Numbered from the stretch's first letter, positions 20,401 through 29,744 are shown. The stretch: 55,398 nt of DNA from Candidatus Kapaibacterium sp. (GCA_937995785.1 CALKJQ010000060.1:1-55398), one strand, 5' to 3'. The notes: generated from the letters alone by a model not told the origin. Numbers and translations: made by a program.

Positions 20401-22108
20401 CACCAGGAATTGTCAAAGCAATCGGTGAAACTGGTAAACCAGTCCAAGCAACATCCACGAAACCTGCAGTATTTGCGGCTGCATCATAATCTATTGAATA
20501 TTGAGTTGGAGTGCCTGTTGCACCAGAATATGGTAAATTAGCTGTTGGTGTTCCTTGGCAAACCTGTGGATTAGTTCCTAAGGTAACTGTTGGTAATGCA
20601 TTAATAGTAACTGGTAAATTATCGGTACCAACACAACCATTGATGTCGGTTACTGCAATGCTTACTGAACCAGCTCCAGCAGTACCCCAATCGACTGTGA
20701 TTGATGATGTATTTTGGCCAGCTGTGATTGTTCCGCCCAACACAGTCCAACTATATGAATTGAAAGCACCAACGGAATAAGTTACGCCAATTTGACCATC
20801 ACATACACCTGCTGGTCCAGTGATAGCAGGAGTTGGCAAAGCAATCTTTGTTACTGGTAATACTGTTGAACCAGAACAACCGTTAAGGTCGGTTACGTTA
20901 ACTGTAACATTTCCAACTCCAGCAGCGCCCCAATTAACAGAGATAGAAGACATATTTGTTGGTCCAACTATTGTTCCGCCACTGCAAGTCCAGCTAATTG
21001 AAGAATATGAACCAGTGATTGAATAAGTTTGTCCGGTTACATTTGCACAAACTGTGGTATTTCCCGAGATCGGAGGATTTGGTAATGGATTGACGGTAAC
21101 TGTGTAGGATGCACTACCAGTACAGCCACTTCCATCTGTAACTGCAACAGAAACTGTTCCAATTCCACCTGGACCCCAATCAACAGTCAAAGTATTAGTT
21201 CCTTGTCCAGCAGCGATTGTACCACCAGAAACAGTCCAGAAGTATGTAGTGAATGCTGGAGAAACAGTATAAGTTACTCCTAATGTATTAGCACAAACAC
21301 TTGCAGTTCCCGAAATAACAGGAGCACCGCCGGTAGTAGAAAAGTTAACAGAAGCAGTCGAAGAAGCAGTGTTATAGAACGCGTCATAGGTTAGAAGTTC
21401 AGCTTTGTAATTAGTGCTTGGGTTCAAACCAGTAATTGTGTAGGTTTTGGAAACGGGAAGTCCTATGTCGAGAGCGCTAATGACAACGGTGCTTGTCGAT
21501 AAATCAGTAACGGTAAGGAAATAACCCGCAGCATTTGCCCCATCTGTTGTCCAAGCTATTTGCCCACCAGAGAAGCAAGTATAATTCATTGCCAAGCCAG
21601 TTGGTGGGGTAATTGTGTAAGGAGTGAAGCTTCTTGGATTCATAAAAGCATTTGAATAATTGAATTGAGGCATATTGCCACTTAAATTGAATTCAAATAC
21701 TTTTACGTGATATTGAGTGTTAGTGGTTAGATTAATGAAATTTGATGTACGGTTTTGCCCCGTAGTCCTATCCATAATAACATAGGTAATACCACTATTA
21801 ACCCATTTGTTTGTAGAACTTGCAAAAGCAATGTTGAAATCACCATTTGCATCTACAACATTATTGATGTTTGTGATAGCTGCTAAAAAAGATGTTTGGA
21901 AAGCAGTCCAATTGGCTGCTCCACCGTAAGCAGCCACTGCGATACGGTTTGTTCCGTTTCCGTTTATCCAGGAAACAGTAACAGAAGTGCTTTGAGCATT
22001 TGTGAAACCAACATAGCGTGCTTGCAATGATGGTGGAGCGGCCATAACCTCGAGTGTAAGGCTACAGAGAGCAACAAATGCTAAAAGGAAGATTGTGAAT
22101 TTTTTCAT
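17405..22108 (-). CDS. Large T9SS-secreted repetitive surface protein (FN3, PKD-like and Ig-like repeats)
   Basis: Signal peptide and AAGGAG RBS. FN3-like domains at both ends, three internal repeat families, an Ig domain (SITGHP, YQWY, GYYYC) and a C-terminal APNPV...AGTYVLRI...QKFIYMP. Confidence 0.9.
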   Translation of the reverse strand: MKKFTIFLLAFVALCSLTLEVMAAPPSLQARYVGFTNAQSTSVTVSWINGNGTNRIAVAAYGGAANWTAFQTSFLAAITNINNVVDANGDFNIAFASSTNKWVNSGITYVIMDRTTGQNRTSNFINLTTNTQYHVKVFEFNLSGNMPQFNYSNAFMNPRSFTPYTITPPTGLAMNYTCFSGGQIAWTTDGANAAGYFLTVTDLSTSTVVISALDIGLPVSKTYTITGLNPSTNYKAELLTYDAFYNTASSTASVNFSTTGGAPVISGTASVCANTLGVTYTVSPAFTTYFWTVSGGTIAAGQGTNTLTVDWGPGGIGTVSVAVTDGSGCTGSASYTVTVNPLPNPPISGNTTVCANVTGQTYSITGSYSSISWTCSGGTIVGPTNMSSISVNWGAAGVGNVTVNVTDLNGCSGSTVLPVTKIALPTPAITGPAGVCDGQIGVTYSVGAFNSYSWTVLGGTITAGQNTSSITVDWGTAGAGSVSIAVTDINGCVGTDNLPVTINALPTVTLGTNPQVCQGTPTANLPYSGATGTPTQYSIDYDAAANTAGFVDVAWTGLPVSPIALTIPGVPAGVYNATLKVRNALLCESAAYSFTVTIEGTPIAGTLTKSPNVATVCAGTAVSATLTPGSGGNGTDETQYSTNAGGTWTTYTSGNSISTTGLSGANVVQIRTRRLAAICATSAWNTVMWSVEATPVAQTINKTPAGTHVCQTSNASATFSGGSGGDGTNSYHYRTSNDGGVNWTGWTAYTSGNPIAAAGLTHIEVRATRNASACTPATNTVSWIVEGTPVAQTITKSPNTASVCAGTNVSATFSGGSGGNGTNTYEYRTSTNGGGTWTGWTTYGAGNPIITTGLTNVEVRATRNAIACTPATNTASWTVEATPVAPTITKSPNTTVVCGTSSVNATFTGGSGGNGINTYESRTSADGGMTWTPWVAYTGGTPIAAAGLTNIQIRATRNASACTPATNTVSWTVEAIPVAQTITKSPNVASVCDGTPVSATFSGGSGGNGTNTYEYRYNGAGAWSAYTPGNNLSTTGYTQVEIRTTRNADHCTPVTSTVSWTINPLPTITLGANPSVCFGSTPANLTYSATTGGANQYSIDFDLTANGAGFVDVGWTALPASPITIAVPAAPAGVYNAVLKVRNSGTTCESQAYNITVTINALPTITLGTNPSVCQGTTSTNLTYSATTESPTDYTINFDGAAEAQGFVDVAWTSLPTSPIVITVPAGAAVGTYNAILNVRNANTCVSNNYNITVTVVAPPSITGHPANVSSGVGSNVSFSVTALNTTSYQWYYDNDNSGYDGTPISGATSATLNLNNIQYSHIGYYYCEAINAGCGNVFSNYASLTVYPATQVSGIYFTARSKNTITIQFTAGSGDAHIIAVKQSNSIAPTTPTNNTSYTANTQFPLGDDLGNNAYVILNGTATNVTVTNLAQNTAYYFRGFTYANYSGMILYNPNSATNNPKVIYTTPRETDFAVVGNRFEMNSIAPNPVRDELVFDLFAPASESVKIEIIDLNGEVKWSNDYRIGEGYNTISFYMNNLPVQLSAGTYVLRINGSESLTQKFIYMP
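18920..20308 (-). repeat. Five tandem intragenic repeats of about 282 bp (94 aa)
   Basis: Units start TP(I/V)A.T(I/L).K.P...VC and contain GSGG(N/D)G and C...T.SW. Near-identical DNA at 19197 and 19761, 564 bp apart. Confidence 0.9.
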
Positions 22109-22414
22109 AGATACTCCTTTTATTGAAAAAATTAATTAACATACTTATAAATATTATCAAATTTACGAAAAATTTATAAACTACATATTATAATAGTATA
22201 AATATTTTTCCAAATTTTGTGCCATTTTATCAATTTTTTTTATGAAAATTTATATTTATTTTGATTGAATTGTAGATTTAAACTTTTATAACTAATTAGA
22301 CCAGTGTAAATTATTCAATGTTTACCTGTATAAATTTGATAAATCGGTATTTGCAAATAATTTGAAAAATGTAAATTATCAAAGAACTGTTGTGTGAAAA
22401 ATATTACACACTGT

Positions 22415-23818
22415 TTATATATTTACTGCTTCGCCATAAGCATTAGCAGCGGCTTCCATTATTGCTTCGCTTAGAGTTGGATGGGCATGAATTGTTTTCA
22501 TAATCGACTTACCTGTTGCTCCAATGCTGCGAGCCAAACCTGCCTCGGCTATTAATTCGGTAACATCTGGACCGATCATATGCACGCCCAAAACTTCGCC
22601 ATATTTTGCATCGAATATTACTTTAACGAAGCCCGAGTTGTCGCCAATTGCAGTGGCTTTGCCGCTTGCGGCAAATGGGAATTTTCCTATTTTTAGTTCG
22701 TAGCCCAATTCTTTTGCCTTCGCTTCGGTCAATCCCACGCTTGCAACTTGTGGTATGCAATAAGTGCAACCAGGGATGTTGTTATAATCAATGCCATTTA
22801 TTTTATGACCAGCAATGTGTTCGGCGGCTTCGATTCCTTCTGCCGAAGCTTTGTGGGCAAGCCAAGGTGCTCCTGCCACATCTCCAATCGCATAAATATT
22901 TGAGACATTTGTCTGCATAAACTTGTTTATCTTTATAAAGTTTCGTTCTAATTCGATTCCAACATTTTCCAATCCAATGTTTTCGATATTTGCTTGTATG
23001 CCAATTGCGTTCAAAGCAATATCCGAAGTGAGTACCTTCTCCTTGCCATCTTTGTCCTGGATTGTAACCTCGGCTTTGCCGTTCACAACTTTGGCGGATA
23101 CAACTCGAGTATTGGTCAGAACATCTATTCCATATTTTTTGTAATGCTTTAGCAATTCTTTGGAGACCTCCTCATCCTCGACGGGCAACAATCTGTCCAT
23201 CATTTCGATTATGGTAACCTTGGTGCCAACAGAACTATAATAATAGGCAAATTCCACACCAATAGCACCCGCACCCATAACTATCATAGTTTCGGGTTTG
23301 GTGTCCAAAGTCATTGCTTCGCGACTTGTGATTATCACCTGGTGGTCTACTTCGATACCGGGGAACATTCTTGGGCGTGCACCCGTTGCAATCATAATGT
23401 ATTTGGTTTCTATAATGTCGGTTGGATTGCCGTTTTGGTCGTTCACAACAACGCTGTTTGGATTTTTTATTACTCCATGACCAACTAAAGTTTGCACTTT
23501 ATTCTTTTTGAATAAAAATTGCACACCTTTCGACATTTTATCGGCAACCTTTCGGCTTCGGGCTACGATGTCTTTTAATTCGAAAGAAAAATCGTTTACT
23601 TTAATTCCAAAGTTTGTTGATTCTTTTATATGGTGTATTATTTCGGCACTTTTAAGAAGTGCTTTAGTGGGAATGCAGCCCCAATTTAAACAAATGCCCC
23701 CCAGTTCTGCTTTTTCGATGCAAATTGTTTTCAATCCTAATTGGGTGGCTCTAATTGCAGCAACATAACCTCCTGGTCCCGATCCTATAACAACCAAATC
23801 TGCTTGATGTTGATTCAT
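22415..23818 (-). CDS. lpdA: Dihydrolipoyl dehydrogenase
   Basis: GSGPGGY, GGICLNWGCIPTK, GAGAIG, HAHPTLSE. Start moved to ATG 23818, which follows AGGAG. Confidence 0.97.
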   Translation of the reverse strand: MNQHQADLVVIGSGPGGYVAAIRATQLGLKTICIEKAELGGICLNWGCIPTKALLKSAEIIHHIKESTNFGIKVNDFSFELKDIVARSRKVADKMSKGVQFLFKKNKVQTLVGHGVIKNPNSVVVNDQNGNPTDIIETKYIMIATGARPRMFPGIEVDHQVIITSREAMTLDTKPETMIVMGAGAIGVEFAYYYSSVGTKVTIIEMMDRLLPVEDEEVSKELLKHYKKYGIDVLTNTRVVSAKVVNGKAEVTIQDKDGKEKVLTSDIALNAIGIQANIENIGLENVGIELERNFIKINKFMQTNVSNIYAIGDVAGAPWLAHKASAEGIEAAEHIAGHKINGIDYNNIPGCTYCIPQVASVGLTEAKAKELGYELKIGKFPFAASGKATAIGDNSGFVKVIFDAKYGEVLGVHMIGPDVTELIAEAGLARSIGATGKSIMKTIHAHPTLSEAIMEAAANAYGEAVNI

Positions 23819-23965
23819 ATTTTCTCCTGTAAAAATATTTATTTTTTCTACTTTAAAAAAAACGTTGACGTCGAATAGTTTATTCAATTTTTTTATAAAT
23901 AATTTTTTTTATTTGTTATTTGTATCGGAATTTATTTATATTTGTGTAAACAAGTTGAGCATAAA

Positions 23966-24973
23966 ATGAAAAAACTTGAAACATTTATCAACATCGACAA
24001 AAAAGACCAGTTTATACGCGACATTGCGCACTCATTCAAAAAAAGTAGAATTTTATTTACAAGTTTGGAATTGGGACTTTTCACAATTATTGGCAACGAA
24101 TCCCGCTCGCTTCGTTCGATAGCAGAAGAATCGAATTGCAACGAAAGAGCGTTAGAAAAGATACTTAACGCACTGGTAAGTATGGGATTATTGAATTTTA
24201 AAAACGCATTTTATTCCAACACCCCCGACTCTTTGATTTTCCTAAGCAAAGAAAGCCCTAACTATCTGGGCGATTTGATGCACATTGCGGCATTATGGGA
24301 TAATTGGAGTAGTCTTACCGAAATCGTTCGTGTGGGCAAACCAACTAAATATCAATCTTTGTCCGAAAAAAGCGACGAATGGTTAGAAGCATTTATATTG
24401 GCAAGTTTTCGGGAATCCAAAAATTATGCAAATATAATTACACGTCAAATCCCAGCCCAAAATCCAATGAAAATTTTGGATTTAGGTGCGGGATCGGGCG
24501 TATTTAGTATTGAATTGGCAAAGCTTTATCCCAAATCTCAGATTTATTGTTTCGAATTGCCTCGAGTTGCAGAATTAACTCAGAAATTCATAGATAGGTC
24601 GGGTTTGAGTGATAGAATCCACACCATTGTTGGCGATTTTACGAAAGATGAAATTGGCAACGACTACGATTTAGTACTTATTTCGGATGTGTTGAGCGAA
24701 TATTCTTTTAAAACCGTTATGCAAACATTAACCAAAGTGTATGATGCAATGAAATTCCGAGGAGTTTTGGCAATTTTCGATTATTTCTTCGATGACAAAC
24801 GCACAAGCCCAGCGGAGGTTGTAACTCATTCAATCAATATGCTAATAAATACCCTTGAGGGTGAAATACTGAACAACACCGATATTTGGTTCGCAATGCG
24901 AGAGGCATGGTTCTCAGACATTTACAAAATCGAAACAAATTTTGGCAAAAGTCTGGTTATTGGGTTTAAATAA
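23966..24973 (+). CDS. SAM-dependent O-methyltransferase family 2 with N-terminal dimerisation domain
   Basis: ELGLF winged-helix region, LDLGAGSG, GDF, YDLV. ATG 23966 preferred over the track TTG 23942, which lies inside a TATATTTG promoter box. Confidence 0.9.
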   Translation: MKKLETFINIDKKDQFIRDIAHSFKKSRILFTSLELGLFTIIGNESRSLRSIAEESNCNERALEKILNALVSMGLLNFKNAFYSNTPDSLIFLSKESPNYLGDLMHIAALWDNWSSLTEIVRVGKPTKYQSLSEKSDEWLEAFILASFRESKNYANIITRQIPAQNPMKILDLGAGSGVFSIELAKLYPKSQIYCFELPRVAELTQKFIDRSGLSDRIHTIVGDFTKDEIGNDYDLVLISDVLSEYSFKTVMQTLTKVYDAMKFRGVLAIFDYFFDDKRTSPAEVVTHSINMLINTLEGEILNNTDIWFAMREAWFSDIYKIETNFGKSLVIGFK

Positions 24974-24985
24974 TCTTTATGATTT

Positions 24986-25084
24986 TTATTTATTATTTTT
25001 TAATACTTTTGCAATTGAATATATCGATAAAGATAGAATAAACCCCCAAGCTAAACTTAAGAAAATCCATCCTTGTGTTGTCAT
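24986..25084 (-). CDS. 32-aa single-pass membrane peptide, probable MetS-like small subunit of the NSS transporter (not in ORF track)
   Basis: Translated by hand: MTTQGWIFLSLAWGFILSLSIYSIAKVLKNNK. ATG lies 3 nt after the transporter stop with GGAGGG upstream. Hydrophobic core and basic tail. Confidence 0.8.
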   Translation of the reverse strand: MTTQGWIFLSLAWGFILSLSIYSIAKVLKNNK

Positions 25085-25087
25085 ATA

Positions 25088-26659
25088 TCAACCCTCCATT
25101 TTTTCTTGAGAAATTTGATTGCTTTTATTGTGTTTCCAAGCAAATCCAATCATCACCAAAAGAGCTATTGCTATTCCAATCATCAAGCCGCGTGCTATCC
25201 AGCGATATGGGACTTGCTCGGGCGAAACATCGTTGAGCAATAAAATTGGTATTGCATCTTGATAAGTCCAAACCACTAATATTACAATCAGATACAATGG
25301 TGTTACATATTTGATGATAAATTTATAAACACTTGGAATTTTTATTAATGCACCCTTATTGATTTCGTTCCAACCTTTGTCTATTCCAAATATCCACGCA
25401 AAAATTATAACTTCGATTAAAGCAATTATTACTAATGTGAATGTCCCACTCCAATAATCCATCTCGTCCAAAAAACCATATTGGAAGAATATAACAACCA
25501 AATTAATGCAAAGAAATGCTATTCCTCCAACTATTGCTGTTGCTTTGCGCTTAGTTACTTTAAACTGCTCTTCGAGAAACGAAATTATGGGTTGAGCCAT
25601 CGCAACCGATGAGGTGATACCCGCAAAGAAAAGTAGCAAAAACCACATAAACCCCAATATATCCCCAAAAGGAAGATGTTGGAATATCAATGGCATCGAT
25701 ACAAAACCCAAATTGAATGCACCACCAGCTGCTATTTCTTGGGTGGTTGTCAGACCAAAAAATGCCACCGCAATCGGTATTGCAATCGAGGCACCCAAAA
25801 TTACTTCGGCAAATTCGTTCAGCGATACAGTTGCCAAACTGCCCAATGCTATGTCATCTTTTTCCTTTAAATAACTCGCATAAGCCGAGAGTGTTCCCAT
25901 TCCGATACTTAATGTGAAAAATATTTGTCCAGCTGCTGCCAACCAGACCTTGGCGCTACTCAGAAGAGAAAAGTCGGGGTTCCATATATAAGAAAATCCT
26001 GCCATCACATTCCAATCGGGGTGATTAACGGGGTCGGGAGTGCCCAAGGTAAGAACTCTTATCATAATCGCAATTGCAAATAATAAAAGCAGCGGCATCG
26101 CTATTAGTGCTAACTTTTCTATTCCTTTTGCCACACCTTTATATAGCACATAAAAATTGGCGGCAAATGTGATGATTAAAAATATATATGCTGTTCCAAT
26201 CGACGGAAAATACTTATCATTTGCACCCTGATAACTCGTTAGAAAGGTATGCATTTCGCCAAAACTATCCAATCCAAAATAAGTTTTTGTAATCGAAAAG
26301 AAACTATATGCCAAACTCCACGACTCGATATAAGTGTAATAAATTAAAATAGCTCCCGAAGAGAATAACCCTAACATTCCAACGAATTTGGCAATCTTGT
26401 TTTTCCACATAACATCGAACATTCCTGGCAGACTTCCGTGACCATATTTGCCTCCATAGCGACCAATCGACCACTCCACCAACACCATTGGGATTCCCAA
26501 AAGCAACAATGCAATAAAATACGGGATCATAAAAGAACCCCCGCCATTTGTGGCAGCTTGCACCGGAAACCTTAAAAAATTTCCCAATCCTAATGCGTTT
26601 CCAGCCATTGCAAGTATTAATCCAATTTTTGTTCCCCAGTTTTCTCTTTTTTGTATCAT
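25088..26659 (-). CDS. Sodium-dependent transporter, neurotransmitter:sodium symporter (NSS/LeuT) family
   Basis: RENW, MAGNALGLGNFLRFP, NGGGSFMIPY, AAAGQIFFTLS, FFAGITSS. Confidence 0.96.
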   Translation of the reverse strand: MIQKRENWGTKIGLILAMAGNALGLGNFLRFPVQAATNGGGSFMIPYFIALLLLGIPMVLVEWSIGRYGGKYGHGSLPGMFDVMWKNKIAKFVGMLGLFSSGAILIYYTYIESWSLAYSFFSITKTYFGLDSFGEMHTFLTSYQGANDKYFPSIGTAYIFLIITFAANFYVLYKGVAKGIEKLALIAMPLLLLFAIAIMIRVLTLGTPDPVNHPDWNVMAGFSYIWNPDFSLLSSAKVWLAAAGQIFFTLSIGMGTLSAYASYLKEKDDIALGSLATVSLNEFAEVILGASIAIPIAVAFFGLTTTQEIAAGGAFNLGFVSMPLIFQHLPFGDILGFMWFLLLFFAGITSSVAMAQPIISFLEEQFKVTKRKATAIVGGIAFLCINLVVIFFQYGFLDEMDYWSGTFTLVIIALIEVIIFAWIFGIDKGWNEINKGALIKIPSVYKFIIKYVTPLYLIVILVVWTYQDAIPILLLNDVSPEQVPYRWIARGLMIGIAIALLVMIGFAWKHNKSNQISQEKMEG

Positions 26660-26777
26660 TTACATCTCGGTAAAAATACAATTTAAGATTTTTTTTTGTT
26701 AAAACAAAATGAATTTAGTTCATTTTTCTTAATTTAGATAAATATTAAAATTATTTTAAACTAAACTATGAGTTAAT

Positions 26778-28022
26778 ATGAAGAAATTATTACTTGGTTT
26801 AATTGCAATCCTACTGAGCAATAGTATTGCATTTTCGGCTGGATTTCAGATTAACGACCACTCGGCTCGTTCGGTAGCAATGGGATTTTCGACTGTTGCT
26901 TTCAATCCCGATGCGTCAGCAATTTATTTCAATCCAGCATATGCCGCTTTTCAGGATGGAACTTTAAATATCTCCGCTGGGCTGGCTTACATTATGCCAG
27001 GTGCTAAATTCACTGGTCCCACCACCATGAATCGAAACTACACGGAAACGCTCGAAAAATGGAATTTCCCAATACCTCATTTATTTGCTAATTGGAAAAC
27101 ACCGATTGATAATTTACATTTTGGATTAGGCGTTTTTGTTCCTTTTGGTTTGGGCACTCAGTGGCCCGAAGATTGGTATGGGCGGTTTTTAGCCAAAAAA
27201 ACCTACCTCGAGGCAATAGAAATTAACCCCAATTTGGCTTATTCATTCGCTTTGGGTGGAATGCCAATTGCTGTTGCCGCTGGATTTGGTTATGTTATTG
27301 GTGCTGTGGAACTCGAGAAAAATCTCTCCACATTTACTCCCGAACCGGTTTTGAACTTAAAAGGCAACGGCAATGGCACTACATTCAATTTTGCTTTGAG
27401 TGCCCTGATTTTGGATAATTTATATTTTGGTGCGTCTTACCGACACAACATCGAAGTTGAATTCGAAGGAGATACGAAATACCAGAACATCAGCGGATTG
27501 GAAGCATTATTCCAAGAAGCACCTGGCAAAGCCAAGATTAATTTTCCAAACGACTTACGTGCGGCATTTGCCTATAAAATTTCGCCCAATTTTGTTATCG
27601 AAGCAGGTATGAACTATGTTGGTTGGTCGTCGTATGATACTTTGAAAATAGAATTCGAAAAAGGTCCTGGTAATCCATCGCAACCATATACGTCTGCCGC
27701 CGAAAGGTCTTATAAAAATATAATCACCTATAGATTAGGTGCAGAATACAATATGGATAAAACAAGTATACGATTTGGTGTATATTACGAGCCAATGCCT
27801 GTGGATGTCAAGCACGTCGAACCCGTATTACCCGAAACAGATCGAATTGGGGTGAGTGCCGGGCTGGGATTTTCCCTTCTTGATAATCTTAATATGGATT
27901 TAGGTTATTTGCTCATTACAGGTCCGCAAACCGAAGTGGTTGGCAACCCCAACTTATTTGATGGTTATTATAATGCTTGGGCAAATATAGTTTGTTTAAC
28001 TTTTTCTTATGCAATTAAGTAA
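26778..28022 (+). CDS. FadL/OmpP1-family outer-membrane transporter for hydrophobic compounds
   Basis: Signal peptide then AGFQIN, DASAIYFNPA, PFGLGTQW, INPNLAY, and an amphipathic terminal beta-strand. Confidence 0.92.
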   Translation: MKKLLLGLIAILLSNSIAFSAGFQINDHSARSVAMGFSTVAFNPDASAIYFNPAYAAFQDGTLNISAGLAYIMPGAKFTGPTTMNRNYTETLEKWNFPIPHLFANWKTPIDNLHFGLGVFVPFGLGTQWPEDWYGRFLAKKTYLEAIEINPNLAYSFALGGMPIAVAAGFGYVIGAVELEKNLSTFTPEPVLNLKGNGNGTTFNFALSALILDNLYFGASYRHNIEVEFEGDTKYQNISGLEALFQEAPGKAKINFPNDLRAAFAYKISPNFVIEAGMNYVGWSSYDTLKIEFEKGPGNPSQPYTSAAERSYKNIITYRLGAEYNMDKTSIRFGVYYEPMPVDVKHVEPVLPETDRIGVSAGLGFSLLDNLNMDLGYLLITGPQTEVVGNPNLFDGYYNAWANIVCLTFSYAIK

Positions 28023-28033
28023 GAGGTGAGAGA

Positions 28034-29377
28034 ATGAAAAGCTTTAAAAATTTATTAGTTTTGTTATTAGTTGGATTTATTTTTTCTTGCGAACCACAAA
28101 TCGATAATCCAGTCGGCACGGGTAATTTAGGCGATTTAGTCGGAAATGGCGAGAAAATTGTATATGTTGCAATAGGTAATTCATTAACTGCGGGATACCA
28201 AAATGGTGCAGTTTACGCATCGGGTCAGGAATACAGTTTTCCTAAATTATTGGCACATCAATTGGGTGTAGAAGAATTTATTCAACCACAAATACCCGAG
28301 GCTGGTATTGGCGATAAAATGACATTTGCGGGATTCAATGCTTTGGGGCGTCCAATTATTAATCGAAACGGAATTACCTTATCGCCCGTCGGAAACGCTA
28401 ATCATCCAAAACCATACCACAATTTGGGAGTTCCCGGTATGATTGCATACGATTTGATTGATGAGTCCGATTATTTGGCACGCTCCCAACAACGCGGCAA
28501 TCCTTTTTATTCAAGCATACTTCGAAGCCAGAACTTAGGTAGCAACATTTTGAAGCAAGCAATCGCACTCAATCCCAATTTAATTACTCTATGGGCAGGC
28601 AATAACGACGTATTGGGATATGCCACTTCTGGTGGGACAATATCGACAACTGGTATGCCAAACAACCCCGTTCCAACACCTAAGGAACAAATGCAACAAA
28701 TTTTCGGTGGTGCATTGCAGTTACTTTCTGGCTCTTTACCCAAAGCCAAGATTTTAATGTTTACTATTCCCGATGTGGTTGGCACACCATACTTTAATGT
28801 CGTACCTTGGAATGCTTTGGTATTAACAAAGCAAGAAGACGTGGACAAACTCAACCAAGCTTATGCCGCTTTGGGATTTAAGTTCAAACTTGGGCAAAAT
28901 GGATTTGTTGCTCAATCTCCATCTTCGCCCGGTGGATTGAAGCAACTAACAAAAGAAGACAAAATCACTTTGGCTTGTCCGCAAGATAGTTTGGCTGCGG
29001 GATGGGGTAGTTCCAAACCAATACCCAACCAATATGTGCTCGATGCAAACGAAATCCAAATTACCAAAAATGCAATAGCAGAATATAATCAGATAATTAA
29101 ATCGATGGAATCAGCTTTTAGTGGCAAAGTTTTCGTTATTGATATGAACGCAATTTTTGCTGGAATTCTCTCGAATGGATACAAAGTTCCCGGCTCTGCA
29201 ACACTAACCAATGCCTATATATCAGGCGAATTTTTTAGTTTGGACGGTATTCATCCATCTTCTCGCGGCTATGGAGTAGTTACCAATGAAATCATTAAAT
29301 ATATTAATAATAAATTCAAAGCCGATATTCCTTATGTTTTAGTTCAAAACCTACCAGTAACAAAAGTAAGTAAGTAA
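28034..29377 (+). CDS. SGNH/GDSL hydrolase lipoprotein
   Basis: Lipobox IFSC, block I GNSLTAG, NLGVPG, WAGNNDVLG, SLDGIHP. GAGGTG RBS. Confidence 0.92.
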   Translation: MKSFKNLLVLLLVGFIFSCEPQIDNPVGTGNLGDLVGNGEKIVYVAIGNSLTAGYQNGAVYASGQEYSFPKLLAHQLGVEEFIQPQIPEAGIGDKMTFAGFNALGRPIINRNGITLSPVGNANHPKPYHNLGVPGMIAYDLIDESDYLARSQQRGNPFYSSILRSQNLGSNILKQAIALNPNLITLWAGNNDVLGYATSGGTISTTGMPNNPVPTPKEQMQQIFGGALQLLSGSLPKAKILMFTIPDVVGTPYFNVVPWNALVLTKQEDVDKLNQAYAALGFKFKLGQNGFVAQSPSSPGGLKQLTKEDKITLACPQDSLAAGWGSSKPIPNQYVLDANEIQITKNAIAEYNQIIKSMESAFSGKVFVIDMNAIFAGILSNGYKVPGSATLTNAYISGEFFSLDGIHPSSRGYGVVTNEIIKYINNKFKADIPYVLVQNLPVTKVSK

Positions 29378-29399
29378 AATCGATTTTTATTATTTATCA

Positions 29400-29429
29400 C
29401 CATCCGAAGGCGCCGCCACCTTCGGATGG
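29400..29429. terminator. Strong hairpin between convergent genes, probable terminator
   Basis: Perfect 11-bp stem CCATCCGAAGG / CCTTCGGATGG with an 8-nt loop. The T-tract is weak. Confidence 0.65.
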
Positions 29430-29471
29430 GTTATTAGCAGTCGATGCTTAAATTGAAAATATTATTTTCTT

Positions 29472-29744
29472 TTAATTTGCTTTTCCTTCTCTTTTCAATT
29501 TCCATAAATATTGAGTGGAAACTCCCAATTCCACTGCAATTTGCTTTAACGACTTATGATTATTTTGGTTTAGATAACGCACTACGAATTTTTCCAATCT
29601 CGAAATTTTTGGAATATAAATATATGCTCCTTGCAAATTCCGTAGCAAATTGCGAAGAACATCGATGCCAACTACACTGGCAATTAATTCCAAATCATCG
29701 GTTAAATCTTGGATTTCGATTTTTTCATAGATATCTTTCATCAT
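29472..29744 (-). CDS. Mor/C-family transcription activator-like protein
   Basis: DL..IA..VG......L.....G..IYIPK followed by HTH KQIAVELGVSTQYL, the pattern of Mu Mor-like proteins. GGAGG RBS. Confidence 0.75.
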   Translation of the reverse strand: MMKDIYEKIEIQDLTDDLELIASVVGIDVLRNLLRNLQGAYIYIPKISRLEKFVVRYLNQNNHKSLKQIAVELGVSTQYLWKLKREGKAN

